A DNA stretch of 64,000 nucleotides from Octopus vulgaris (taxonomy: Eukaryota). The notes below the pieces were generated by a model. The model saw only the letters and a program-made list of their open reading frames with translations, was not told the origin of the DNA and did no database searches. Below, piece after piece: positions 1 through 64,000 of this stretch. The first letter of the stretch is position 1, and every line of letters starts with the position of its first letter. The DNA lies in assembly GCA_951406725.2 (NCBI GenBank), contig OX597815.1, positions 113,460,001 through 113,524,000 of the forward strand, written 5' to 3'. A program made the position numbers and the translations under genes.

Positions 1-1934
1 TGGGGTCAGTGTTATAGATTTCTGCCACCCTTTAAAATTTATTGGCCTTATGCAAAATTAGAAAGACTTATTGTTGTTGACTCCCTAATGTAAAGACATC
101 TTTTTGATTCTACTTTCAAAACACATTCTTTTCAAGTATTACCAAATAAAATGTTTGGATTACATGTAAAATTAACTGAAATTGCTTAAGAAGAGATTGC
201 TCTCAATACCCAGTTATCCAACAGATAAAAGAAATTTGCTTCACAAGCTTTTAAAATTTTATTTACATTTGATATTTTCACATCCAAGATGGTTACCACA
301 CATTATTTTCCACACAACGAAGCACCACAATGGCTAAATGAACTAAATGAACCAGAAGACAAAAAAAAAAACAATTAATTGAAGATGTACCAAAGACTTA
401 CATAATTTGGAAGACTGCAGAATAGCAACTCTTACATAATTCCAGATACTGCAGCTTGCTTATAGCAGCTGTGTAAAGGCAGGTCTTCTTTTAATAAAAA
501 ATTAACAAAGAACTTTTTTTAGCCATTACAGTTACAAGAAAAAATGTGTAGATGAGAGAATGTTATAAAACTGCAGTATTTCTTTGCTGCAGGAGACAAT
601 CCAGGAGAAGGAAAGAGAAAAATTATATGCCTGTACTTGCAAAAAGATGAGAGAAGTGAATAACACTTTCCTTCACATCATACTTGATACTTTTTGCAAG
701 TGTCCCAAGTCTTCCAGAACATATGGAGAAAAACATCATCTCAGTTGAAAAAGGCAAATACTGTGGTGCTCTCTGTTGTATATACAAAACTGAAGACAGC
801 CAAAACACAGGATTAAATTATCAAACCTCTGACTAAACATTCGCACCCCAGTATGTGGCACAAATAAATGCAAGAGTTGCAATAGGAAACACTGAATATG
901 GTGTAGGCCCTGACTAATAGTGACTTTTATGTTTCAGTTATAGAAAATAGTGAAAGCAGGTTTAACAAAAGATGATCTATGGTGAAGGGGAATCAAAATG
1001 TACTTGTGAATCCTAATGACACCAAAAGACACAGAACCACTCTGGAAATGTGCTAAATAGAAGGCATTAAGACAAAGACCATAAGATCAATGACATAGTG
1101 CAAGAGTTTTCAACCATTTTTTTTTATCTATGGACCCCTTTACTATTTTAATCTGGTCGATTCCCATAGTCATTTGATATTTAAAAACTAGTTTTATAGA
1201 AACTTCTTTCAAAATTTCTATCAAAATTTCTACACATTAACTTGTGTAAGTTGAACTACATAAAATGTTGGAGAAAGAAACCTTGCTGTTTCTTGCAATA
1301 GGTACCAATACAGATAAATATACCCAAATACTCTGTTAAAGTAGGAAGAGAGAAAAGAGAAACAAACCACAGAAAATGAAGACTTAATATAAAACAGTAA
1401 AAACAGGTGAAAGGGAACATTTTGTTCCAAGCAACAATGAAAGATAAGAAAATGAAGACAATAAATCTGAACAGATTCACCCTGCTTTGAAAGCCAACAG
1501 TTTATTAACACATCTGTGGTACTAGAGAGTATTTTTAAAAAGTTAGAATGACACCAAAACAATCACATTCAGAATATAAACAGCATGCAATAGATAGATT
1601 ATTAGTAAAATTATAATGAAAACATTGTACCCAACTTAAAAGAGAATTCCCTCATAATGTTCTTGTTTGAAAACACTAAACCTCTTAAATGATGTTTGCT
1701 GGTGCATTCATTTGCACACAAATACAATTTAAGAAGTGATTTAGTGAATGAGGTCACTCAGTGCCCTAACTCCACCTAGCCGGAAAATTTTTCATTTCCT
1801 ATTTCCTTCAATTATTATTACATCTTATTTTAATCATGATGTGTGTAATTGCACTTATTATATCCATACAAGTATGCGTGTATGCATACATATTTATGTG
1901 TGTATTCATGTATGTAAATACGTCTATGTACATA

Positions 1935-1975
<41 letters not shown>

Positions 1976-2460
1976 ACACATGTTTGTTTACCTTTAAAAT
2001 TCTTTATTCATCTTGCATGTACTGGATAAAATCTTTCCCTGTTCCCTTTGTAATTTGTAAATGTATTTATGTTTTTCCACACTCTTCTCTATCCTTGCTT
2101 TCTTTATAACCCACCCCCTAGTGAAAGTTTCTGTTGTTGTTGTTGTGGTTGTTGTTATTATTGTCAACGTAATCATCTTTCTCATCATCACATTGTTGCT
2201 ATTATTGTCATTATTATCATGAATTATTCTTAATCTTAGGCAGTTGACCCCACAAGACCTTATGTACAGAAAGGTCAAAAGCTTCTGTTTTTCAAATACT
2301 TTCGGGTGTTTCACAAATAACATCATGTTTCATGCCTGAACTTGAACTTGACATGTTGTTGTTTTATTTGGATCCAAGTATTTCTAAGTTGTGTGCAAGA
2401 ATGTGTGTGTCTATATGTATGTGTATGTACATATGTGTGTATGTATGCATGTGTATATAT

Positions 2461-2780
2461 CATCATCATCATCCTTTAACGTCCGTTTTCCGCGCTAGCA
2501 TGGGTTGGATGGTTCGACCGGGGTCTGGGAAGCCAGGGGCTGCACCAGGCTCCAGTCTGATCTGGCAGTGTTTCTACAGCTGGATGCCCTTCCTAATGCC
2601 AACCACTCCACAAGTGTAGTGGGTGCTTTTACGTGCCACTGGCACAGGTGCCAGGGGAGTCTGGCATCGGCCAAGATCGGTTGGTGCTTTTAACATGCCA
2701 CCGGCATGGAAGCCAGTCAAGGCAGCGCTGGCATTGGCCACATTCGGATGGTGCTTTTTATGTGCCACCAGCACAGGTAT
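2461..2780 (-). mobile_element. RTE-type 3' UTR / SINE tail copy
   Basis: (CAT)n-tttaacgtcc...ctggatgcccttcctaatgccaaccact. Further copies near 20210-20450(+), 25540-25800(+), 39850-40060(+), 42650-42875, 43805-44000(-), 50020-50375(+), 50625-51070(+), 51140-51300(-), 62930-63420(-). Confidence 0.85.
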
Positions 2781-3515
2781 AGATGTATATATATATGTGT
2801 GTGTGTGTATTACCTTTCTATTTGTTACAGTGCTTGGACTGTGGCCATGCTGGAGCATCTCCTCAAAGGATTTAGACTATCAGAACAACACCAGTACTTA
2901 TTTTTTTAAAGTCTCTTTTGCCAAACTGCTAAGTTACAAGGACATAAACAAACCAATATTGATTGTTAGATGGTGTGGAGAGGACAAACAAGATACAAAT
3001 GCAAAGATACAAATACATAGATATATATATATACGTACACACATATATATAAATATATATACAGAGACAGGCAGAAACAAGGAAAATGCCACTTGTATTT
3101 GAACACTATGCAAATATTCTTTTAAAAAATCTTTTCTTTTAATTTTTCCCAAATTTAATTGTTTTCCATACTTACAGTTGAAAAAGTGTCAATGACTGAA
3201 ACTGATACTGAAATATTTTTTATAAAATTATTTTAGCATTTTCTATCTTGACTTTTTTTTTTCCATATATATATATATATGTGGATGTAACTGAAAGAAG
3301 CTCATCTTGTGTGTGTTTGTCCCCAACCACGACTTGACAACTGACATTGGTGTATTTATTTCCCTATAACTTATTGGTTCAGCAAGCGAGATGAATAAGA
3401 TAAGTAGCAAGCTTATAAAAAATAAGTACTGGGTTCAATTCAGTCTGCTAAAAATTCTTCAAGGCAGTGCTCCAGCATGGCCACAATCTAATGACTGAAA
3501 CAAGTAAAAAATAAA

Positions 3516-3556
<41 letters not shown>

Positions 3557-3847
3557 AATTAGAGAAAAACCACTATAATGCAATTCAAACAATGATAGAC
3601 ATAAACCAAATCATAAATAAAAAATAAAATATATTTTAAAACATATAACTAGATCACAAAAAGTACGAAAATGAATAAACAATATATAAGTAATAAGTAA
3701 TATATATTTTGGAGATGTACTCGCATAGCAAGTAATTTGATCTGAGATCGTGTGCTGAAACGAAAACAATTGCAGCGTGGAAGGTGTTTATAAGCCATTT
3801 AAGAAACACACAAAAGCCGTTCGATTCACTCCAACATTTAAGTTTAA

Positions 3848-3897
3848 TTTGTCAAAATGTTTTCGTCGCTAAAATCCGCGACCTGTTCACTGACAAA
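3848..3897 (-). ncRNA. Minimal type-I hammerhead-ribozyme-like motif with G3-C8 core variant
   Basis: Minus strand: UUUGUCA-GUGAACA-G-GUCGC(GGAUUUUA)GCGAC-GAAA-ACAU-UU-UGACAAA; perfect 7-bp stem I and 5-bp stem II. Confidence 0.65.
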
Positions 3898-3905
3898 GTC
3901 CGTGC

Positions 3906-3936
<31 letters not shown>

Positions 3937-4134
3937 TACAAAATTAGAGAATGGAGAAACATACTTAAATCAATAAAACATCAACTATCCGATGATACTC
4001 AATCCATACTTTAATACACCATTACATAGGAGTAAAGGCAATATATAAAATGAAATGAGATATACAGTAATAGTAAAAGTAAAAAGATAAAGAGATATAA
4101 GTAAAAAATTACAAATACAATATGCAAATAAATC

Positions 4135-4250
4135 AAAACTGACAGCTGTTTCGGCAGTGAGGACAGTCAAACCTCATTTAACCTATAAGCCATAAAGGCA
4201 GGTATAAATGAGGCATTAACAAAGATGCCCCACGGCCTCTTCAGAGAATT
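4135..4250 (-). ncRNA. Penelope-type hammerhead ribozyme motif with extended stem II
   Basis: Minus strand: CU-CUGAAGA-GGC...GCC-GAAA-CAGCUG-UC-AG; palindromic stem III ACAGCUGU, GUC triplet, inner helix CCUCAUUUA/UAAAUGAGG. Confidence 0.7.
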
Positions 4251-4524
4251 AAATTAAATTTGTTATAATAGTGAAAAATATTATATAATCATATACATAT
4301 AAATATAAAAATATAAAAAAAAAGTAAAATATAAAAACTTATACATCATAATGCTACACTTGTATAATATAATACACATTTGTACAAAAAGGAAGGTAAC
4401 CAGAACAAAATAAAACAAAATATATAACAGTGTATATATAATATTAATAAGTACCGATATCATACATATTTAGCTAATAGTTTTTTTTATATAAAAAAAA
4501 AAAAAAAAGGGCTAACACATATGG

Positions 4525-4601
4525 AGATGAAAAATAATAATAATTAAATCCGTGGTACAGTTCATAAAATTCTAAAGCTATAAAAGTTAATAAAAATTAC
4601 T

Positions 4602-4635
<34 letters not shown>

Positions 4636-4811
4636 GTAATAATAATAAAAATAATAAAATAGATACAGTTAAGTTATCACCAAGTCCATCCTTCCAAGAT
4701 CGAAATAACTATGAGTTAAGAAATGCTGACCACTAGATGAAAAATAATAATAATTAAATCCGTGGTACAGTTCATAAAATTCTAAAGCTATAAAAGTTAA
4801 TAAAAATTACT

Positions 4812-4850
<39 letters not shown>
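4525..4850 (+). repeat. Exact ~100-bp direct repeat (4525-4630 and 4735-4850)
   Basis: agatgaaaaataataataattaaatccgtggtacagttcataaaattctaaagc...(aat)n present twice. Confidence 0.9.
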
Positions 4851-4854
<4 letters not shown>

Positions 4855-5487
4855 CATTGTGTACAGTGCTCAGGTGCACTACAACTCATCTAAAGTGTAT
4901 GTATAGTACATAGGGTAATGTACAAGCGTCAGGAAAAGAACAGTGCATGAGTCATGACATACACATATGTGTATGAGTATGGAAGGGGACAATCAGGTGT
5001 AGTTTCGGCGGATTTCAGAAAGCATGAGAGCCTTAAAGGATGCAGTGTCATGGCAGTCAACAACTGACGCAGGCAGTTTGTTCCATGCTTCAGCAACTCT
5101 GAGCGTGAAAAAATGTTTCCAAAAGTCATGGGAGCTGTGCCGTGTTCTGACTTTGTAGGCATGTCCACATGTGTTGGACACATGGAGATCAAAAAAGGTG
5201 TTCAGTGTTGTTGGTGAGGTGGTTGATAACTTTGTGGGTGTTTACCAAGTCCATCGCCAGACGCTGGAGCTTCAGTGAATCCATGCCCAGGGAAACAAGG
5301 CGCTCAGAGTATGGTAGGTGTCTGATGGAGGGTATGCGTTTGGTTGCACGTCTCTGAACAGATTCCAGGAGGTCAATGATCTGAGCAAGATAGGGGTTCC
5401 AAACTGATGATGCGAATTCCAAGTGTGGTCATACCATAGCTGTATACAGCTTTAAATAGATAGCTGGAGAGCGGCTAACAAAAGTTA
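4815..5487 (-). mobile_element. CR1-type LINE 3' end
   Basis: EFASSVWNPY...LESVQRRATK...YSERL, and GHAYKV...FFTLRVAEAWNKLP, then 3' UTR and an (ATT)n tail. Confidence 0.88.
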
Positions 5488-6369
5488 TATATATATATAC
5501 GACAGGCTTCTTTTAGTTTCCAACTTCCAAATCCATACACAAGGCTTTGGTTGGTAGAGAGCTATAGTAAAAAATACCCAAGATGCCTTGCAGTTGAGAC
5601 TGAACCTGGAACCATGTGGATGGAAAACAAACTTCTTACCATGGAGTCACACCTGCCTCTAAGAGTTTTGCTTTGCAACCGTATGGCTTTGGGTTCAGTC
5701 CCACTACATATCACTTTAGGTAAGTGCATTCTACTATAACAGTAGGTCAACCAATCTCATCAGTGAATTTCGTACAGAACCTGTATGGAAACCTTTATAC
5801 ATGTGTGTGGTAGGGAGAATGTGTGTGTGTGTGTGTGCGCGCATACATGCATGTGTGTGTGCATGCACACGCACATGTTTGTGCCCATGATGGGCACCAC
5901 CTTGAATGGTTTAATCAATCAAAATCACTCCAATACTCATTTTTTAAATATGTTACATATTCTAATGGTCTCTTTTTGCCAAACTGCTAAGTTATAGGAT
6001 CATAAACAATCTGACACCAGTAACTTAAGGATTAGAGACAAACACAGGCATGTATGTACATATACATTTATTTATAGATACACAATGGGCTTCTATTGTG
6101 TTTTCATCTAATGAATTTACTCACTAGATACTGGGCTTCCTGGCATTATTGTAGAAGATACCGACCTAGGGTTTCACACAATGGGACTGAACCTAGAATC
6201 AAATGGTTATGAAGACAAACTTCTTAACTATATAGCCGTACATTTTGTAAGCATATCTGTGTGAGTGTGTTTTCTTCCTAGAAGTGGGGAGCTGGTTTCT
6301 AACAAAGAAGCAAAACCTCCATCACTAAAATTTGGATAACAACAATGATAATGATAATTGTATTGCTAT

Positions 6370-6734
6370 ATAGTGAATTCTTACAAGTTGTGTCTATAAA
6401 GTTTAAGTTAGCCAATCCATTTCTTTACTTGAAATGCTAGTCACTTAGACATTTACTAATAAAACTAATTTAACCAAAGACTTTTGGTATAAATGTGAAT
6501 TTATAATTGGAATAAATGAGCTGCAGATCACAAAGCAGTTGTCCATAAACTTTTTCCTTCTCAATGATTTTGAATGAGATGCTCACCATTGCAGGTTGCA
6601 TAATCTCTTTGATTGTACATGACTTTACTTTTCAGTCCCAAACAACTATGTCAGATATTTTATGTTTTGCATTTTGTGGAAGTTTTGATGGGAATGTTTT
6701 GCCAGTATTCTTTGTGTTAGTATGCATGTATGCA

Positions 6735-6777
<43 letters not shown>

Positions 6778-6781
6778 TTGC

Positions 6782-6820
<39 letters not shown>

Positions 6821-7160
6821 TGCATGTATGTATTCCATAGCAGAGGTTCAGGTTTATTTATGCCAAGACAATATTTTCTGCTGATGGCATTGTATATTGT
6901 TCTAGCAACAACATCGTGTGATAACATGGGGTAGTACTTCAGCAATATTTTGGACAAGTAGCTTCTCATTACACAGGTCAAGTTCTCCACTGGAGATCTT
7001 GATCAATATTTACGTTGGTATTTTTAGAGCTTCATTGACTTATTTGTTCATGAAATACAGCTATCTCTTGCTCATGGATTGTAAAAATGTGGCCTCCAAG
7101 ATGTGATGTCATATAGTGATCACACATCCCAGAGAAGCTGCACATCATGTTTATATTGTC
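6370..7160 (-). mobile_element. Decayed R4/Dong-like (restriction-like endonuclease) non-LTR retrotransposon 3' part, split by a (TA)n tract
   Basis: Minus-strand remnants YYPMLSHDVVARTIYNAI, EYWQNIPIKTSTKCK, YGQLLCDLQLIYSNYKFTFIP. Confidence 0.65.
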
Positions 7161-7450
7161 ATCCCTTTCAAGTTTACAGGAAGCATGTCATGAATATATG
7201 TGTGCATCTATGCACACATGCACACATTCATGATCTATTTTGAAACATTCAATTATTTGTTTCAGTAATTCAGGAAAGCCCACATTATATTTTTTCTGTA
7301 TGTACATAGGTACTGTATGTATATGAGTGTGTACAAGTGCACATGTGTGTGTGTGGTAGGTAAAGGGAAAGAATAACAGTAATATTGGGGCTGATGATAA
7401 TGAAGAATTGAGGAGTGTAAACATCTAACTAGACTTTCCAGAATGATATA

Positions 7451-7642
7451 TGAGGGGTTGCTGAAAAGTTCCTGACTTTGGGTAAAAGAAAATGCAGGCG
7501 GGTCATTCCCCTCTCAAATTCACACACTTATTGAAGCAGTCCTTCAGTTTTTCTAAGCCCTGTAAAAGAACTTAGAAGGTTGGGCCTCCAACCAGGCCTT
7601 TTGTGATATCCTTAAAGCCAGGAACTTTACAGCGACCCCTTG
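7451..7642. mobile_element. Mariner-derived MITE
   Basis: TIRs TGAGGGGTTGCTGAAAAGTTCCTG / CAGGAACTTTACAGCGACCCCTTG flanked by TA; same family inverted at 36425-36632. Confidence 0.8.
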
Positions 7643-8113
7643 TAAATGAATAATAGATGCTTCCAAACAGGTAAATGGATGCATCCCCATTCATAATATG
7701 ATACAATATATATAATTGATGTTAGAACTAAATATATTTGAACTGTAGTTCTCTGATTTCATAAAGATCCTTTTGTAGATAACCTGATACTTTGTGCAAA
7801 CTGCAAGAAATTATATTTTTTCAACATTAAATATGTTGTCCAAAAGGTAGGATCTTTTTTTTTTTTAGTTGATTCTTCAACAAATTTCTGTGTTGGAAGT
7901 TGTTACGTCTATCAAAGAACTTAGCACGTTACTTTGCAGTTTATGATAATGATCAATCATTTTTTTCTTTTTTTTTTTTTTCCAGTTTTTCCTCTGTTGC
8001 TTTGACCCTCCTCATTGAATTAAATTGGATTGACTTCTTCAATGTGCTCATTACCTTCTATCAACTATAATATTCAGAACAGTGTTGATCATCAGTGCTG
8101 ACCGGCACTAACA

Positions 8114-59980
<51,867 letters not shown>

Positions 59981-62929
59981 TTGGAACTAAGATGATCAAA
60001 ATATAACTCTCAACCAGAATGTGTGACCTTATTTTTTCCCCCTCAAGGACAGTAAAATGCCTTTTGATATTATTTTAACCAAGCAATATTTTTTTTAACG
60101 AACATAAAAAATTTTGTGGTTTTAATTATTGAATGGCTCTTAAATATACATCCCTGAATAGAGGTTCTATGAAATTTGTTCCCTTACAAATAATCATCTA
60201 GGATCCTTTTCAACAATGTTTGTATATGAGAGAGAGAGAGAGAGAAAGAGAGTATGTGTGTATTAGTTATGTCGACCACATCTACTGATCTTATTTTCTT
60301 CCCACAAGATCTGAAGTGCGTGTGTTTGTGTTTGTGTGTGTGTGTGTTGTAGGTACGTGCATGAATATCTGTTTGTGTGTGAATGTTCTTTTTTTTTATT
60401 TAGACTGGGAAAAAAGAGGGTATTTTATGACCATAGTTTTTGTATATCCACCCACCTAGACTAGAAAGGTAGACTTCTCTAGGTTGATATCTATAGAGAG
60501 TTTCAGAGGGCTGCAGTTCTGGGAAGGTAAGTAATAGGCAAATTGTTTGTTACATGATCTAGAAAGTGAGATACAGTAGAAGGTGATACAAAGAGGAAAG
60601 ACTGATTCATCAGGTGTTCTGTTTCTCAGTAGCTACTTTCTCAGTGGCAGGATTATAAAGAAAAATTAGAAGAGATTTAAAGCATAGTCAAATAACTCAT
60701 GGTGCCAAGTTCAAATCTTGCTTGTGGCAAAAATTGCCTTCTGTCATTTTCTAAAAAGAACCAATACATTCATGATCTGAATAGTTTAAGATAACTGAGT
60801 CATAAATGGGACAGCTATGATATGTAATGTCTGTGTATTTAAAAGAGGATATTATTCCTTTGCACCCTTTTATTTTTACTTTTTAAATCAAATCTGCTTT
60901 ATAAACAAATTGGTTGCTTGTTCAACCACCAGGTCACATGTCTGGAATTCAAACCCACTGCAGTTATTTTGTTTTAGAACTGAAATAATTTCTAATTTTA
61001 TGCACTTGAAATATTGTCAAGAATAATTAGATTCTTTTTGGAATGTTATCTATGACAGCCTGGCATTTTATCTCGGAAAAAATTTTATTTCTCAACAGTT
61101 AATGCAATGAAACTGGACTTAAACATTGTTCCTCGTGAAGGATTTTGTTGACAAAGTATTATGAAGGAACGGTGTTTGTTAAACTGTGTTAGCAAAAATT
61201 ATAACTGTCTTTATTCAGTTAACTATTTCCCTATATAACATAAGTGCCTTTTTTTATCTTAATATAATAAGGAGATGAAGATGTTTTAGTTTCTACTCAT
61301 AACATAAATGTCTTCCTGCTTTAATATAGTAAGGTGATAGAAACAGTCAAGATAGCAGAATGCCAGACTGGATTTTTGACCATAACTGTTGTATGTTCAA
61401 ATCCTGACAATCGCATATGCCTTTCAGTCTTTGGATTCCTGTCTTTAGATCCCTGGTAATAATCAGTTACAATAATGCAGTTTAGCCTCTATGAGTAAAG
61501 GTAAAACTGCTTTTGGGTTTTTTTTTAATGTATAACATGAGAGAGCTGTCAATCTCCTTGACTGACCAAGGAGTAAAGATCTACAGACTATAGTTGGCTC
61601 ACTTCAAGCGATTTATGTTCCCACTGCCTTGACAAAAGTTATCAATATGAGTGGAAAACTTTAAAATGTTTTAAAGTTTAAAGTGTGATACAGTGTTTTT
61701 AAAAATATATTTTACTTAAATTTTGATCTTTGGACATTAACTGACACTCAATGATTTTTTTCTCCTTTCTAATTATGTGATCCTTCAACAAAGTGAATAT
61801 AAGCTATTTCTCAACTCCAACATATACATCATCACTATAAGCACCACCATCATTACCATCACTCCTTTATAACCACTACTACCATCATCACCATCACCAC
61901 TACCAATGTCAGTCTAATTAACACTATCACCTCCACTACTACTCTGTGTAAAACCAAAGAATGTGATAATGATATTAAGTTGTTGCATGTATACTGTTAT
62001 TATTGCAGTTATTTGACCCCCAGGTTAGCTCTGAACAACAGACCTACGATCAAAAGCGTTCCAGCAGTGACAAACCGTTTTCCCTCCCCACCCCAAGTTC
62101 CATGTTTCAAGGACTAATTTATCCCAAGTATTTTGCAATACAGTAGGGTATAATTTGAGAGAAATATACCTGTCATTTCTTGCAGATTAAGTAACAGCAG
62201 ACTCGTGTATTTTGTATTGGTTCATCAAAATAGAGTTCTTTCCCATTAATATCACTTGCCCTTTTTCTGTCTCCTTAATTATTACCACTCATAGTAGAAA
62301 AACAAATTCACATGAGGAGATTAATGGTTAGTAGGCTTGGTAGAACACCAGAAAAAACTAACTTTCCATGTACAAATCTCACTAAAGCATTTATTCTTCT
62401 GGGCTTGAAATAAATACCATCAAGAACTGAGTGTCAATTCTGTCCACTACTTCACCCCTTCAATAAAATTTGGTGAATTTGTGACAATCTAGAAATCCTG
62501 ATTGATAGAATCTGTTGTACCATGGACAAAATACCTTCCAGTATTATTCAGTATTTCCCTTATGCAATTTGAGTTCAAATCATACCAAGGGTGACTTGAC
62601 TTTTTATCTTTCCAGGGTCAGTGAAAATTAATACAACAAACAAGTAGTGGTGGGATTGATTGAGTCAACACAGTGCTCTCCCACAAATGTGTCACCTGGC
62701 ACCAGTGTTAGAAATTGTTGTTATCCCTTGTTGTTTTATTCATTTCAACTAATTTTTTGAATTCACATGCTGTGCCATTAACTGGAGTCATGGAGTAAAT
62801 GAAATTATGACTAGATTGTTACAGATTATATATGTAAGAAATAAGAAAACAATTTGATATACCCTTGATAAACACATGAAGGTCGTAACTTTCTATTTCT
62901 CCTCTCGTTCAGTTCTATTAATTGATTTT

Positions 62930-63420
62930 CATCATCATCATCATCATCATCGTCGTTTAATGTCTGCTTTCCATGCTAGCATGGGTCGGACGATTTGACT
63001 GAGGACTGGCGAACCAGATGGCTGCACCAGGCTCCAATCTGATCTGCCAGAGTTTCTACAGCTGGATGCCCTTCCTAATGCCAACCACTCCAAGAGTGTA
63101 GTGGGTGCTTTTACGTACCACCAGCACGAGGGCCAGTCAGGCGGCACTGGCAACAGCCATGCTCAAATGGTGTTTTTTACGTGCCACCTGCACAGGAACC
63201 AGTCCAGCGGCACTAGCAATGACCTCGCTCGAATGTTTTTTTCATATGACACCAGCACAAGTGCCAGTAAGGTGACACTGGTAACGATCACGCTCAAATG
63301 GTGCTTTTTACGTGCCACCGGCACAGAAACCAGTTAGCTGCTCTGGCAATGATCATGCTCGGATGGTGCTCTTAGCGCTCCACTAGCATGGATGCCAGTC
63401 ATCGAATTTGATTTCGATGC
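62930..63420 (-). mobile_element. RTE-type 3' UTR copy with tandem repeats
   Basis: Same family as 2461-2780. Confidence 0.85.
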
Positions 63421-63479
63421 AAAAACAAAATAGGCCTTTAGAGATTTGTTGCCAGTTGCTATCATCCTAAAGAATGATA

Positions 63480-64000
63480 TCAAAGCTGTGTCAAAAAGTT
63501 CCAGGACTTGTTATGCTTAATAAAAAAATAACTTATTTACCTAAGTTTTAACATCATGTTCTTCAAAATAATCTCCTTGCATACCAATACACTGGTCCTG
63601 GTGTTCCTGCCATTTGGGGAATCCAGCCTGGAAGTTGTTTTCTGTAAGCAAGTTGAGGATCTTTTGCAATTCACTCTGGATCTCAACAATGGTGTTAGAA
63701 TGGCAATGTTGTAATTGGCAAGAAACTCACAAGTGAGGAGAGCTTGGTGACAGGGTGCATTGTCATTGTAAAGAATCCACAGATCTGATCACTTTGACCA
63801 AATGTCCTCCATCAAATGCTTCAAAACATCGATTGTCCTCTAACGATCACCATTCACAAGCTGATGAATTTTTTCTGGGTGTGATACTTGTGACAGGTCT
63901 TCCAGATCGCTCATCATCTTCCGGGGATGTTCTTCCACTTTTGAAGCACCTGTGCCACTCGAAACATTGTGTACAACTTATTGCCTTGACACCATAAGCT
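63480..64000 (-). mobile_element. Decayed mariner-like element cut by the window end
   Basis: TIR-like gtgtcaaaaagttccaggact; minus-strand EDDERSGRP motif (~63895-63922). Confidence 0.65.

Noticed and set aside
250-1060. Possible ancient R4/Dong-like RT remnant on the + strand
   Set aside because: Only faint motif traces; not supportable without an alignment.
1748-3152. ORFs rich in CVCV, YIYI, IIII or LLLL here and throughout the track
   Set aside because: Translations of microsatellites and SINE/LINE tails, with no protein signature.
5404-5420. CTGATGA core string (likewise 55398, 55741, 63861)
   Set aside because: Lies inside LINE or transposase coding remnants, with no stem II and GAAA.
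1-7985. Promoter and non-coding first exon of the receptor gene
   Set aside because: Implied by the acceptor at 7985 but cannot be located from sequence; it may lie outside the window.
59981-62470. 3' UTR end / polyadenylation site
   Set aside because: The region is repeat-poor and plausibly UTR, but no unambiguous poly(A) signal can be chosen in AT-rich DNA.

Overview
AT-rich eukaryotic (animal) DNA, not prokaryotic. The SINE/LINE/microsatellite landscape looks like an octopod cephalopod (inference). One gene spans most of the window on the + strand: a MET/RON (HGF-receptor)-family receptor tyrosine kinase. I rebuilt it by hand from 19 coding exons (8114..59980; 3819 nt, 1272 aa; all GT-AG with consistent phases): signal peptide, Sema, PSI, 4 IPT, TM, juxtamembrane, kinase, tail. 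Introns hold decayed RTE, CR1, R4/Dong-like and Penelope-like retroelements, mariner and hAT transposons, TTAA and TA MITEs, several tRNA-derived SINE families and microsatellites. Most short ORFs in the supplied track are repeat noise. The most interesting unexplained signal is a set of about nine minimal type-I hammerhead-ribozyme-like motifs of the Penelope type. They include one with a compensatory G3-C8 core swap (3848-3897, -), one with an intact core and an ~85-nt stem II (4135-4250, -), and a tandem pair inside a tRNA-headed SINE-like unit (27577-28190). All folds were read by eye; no activity or database result is claimed.
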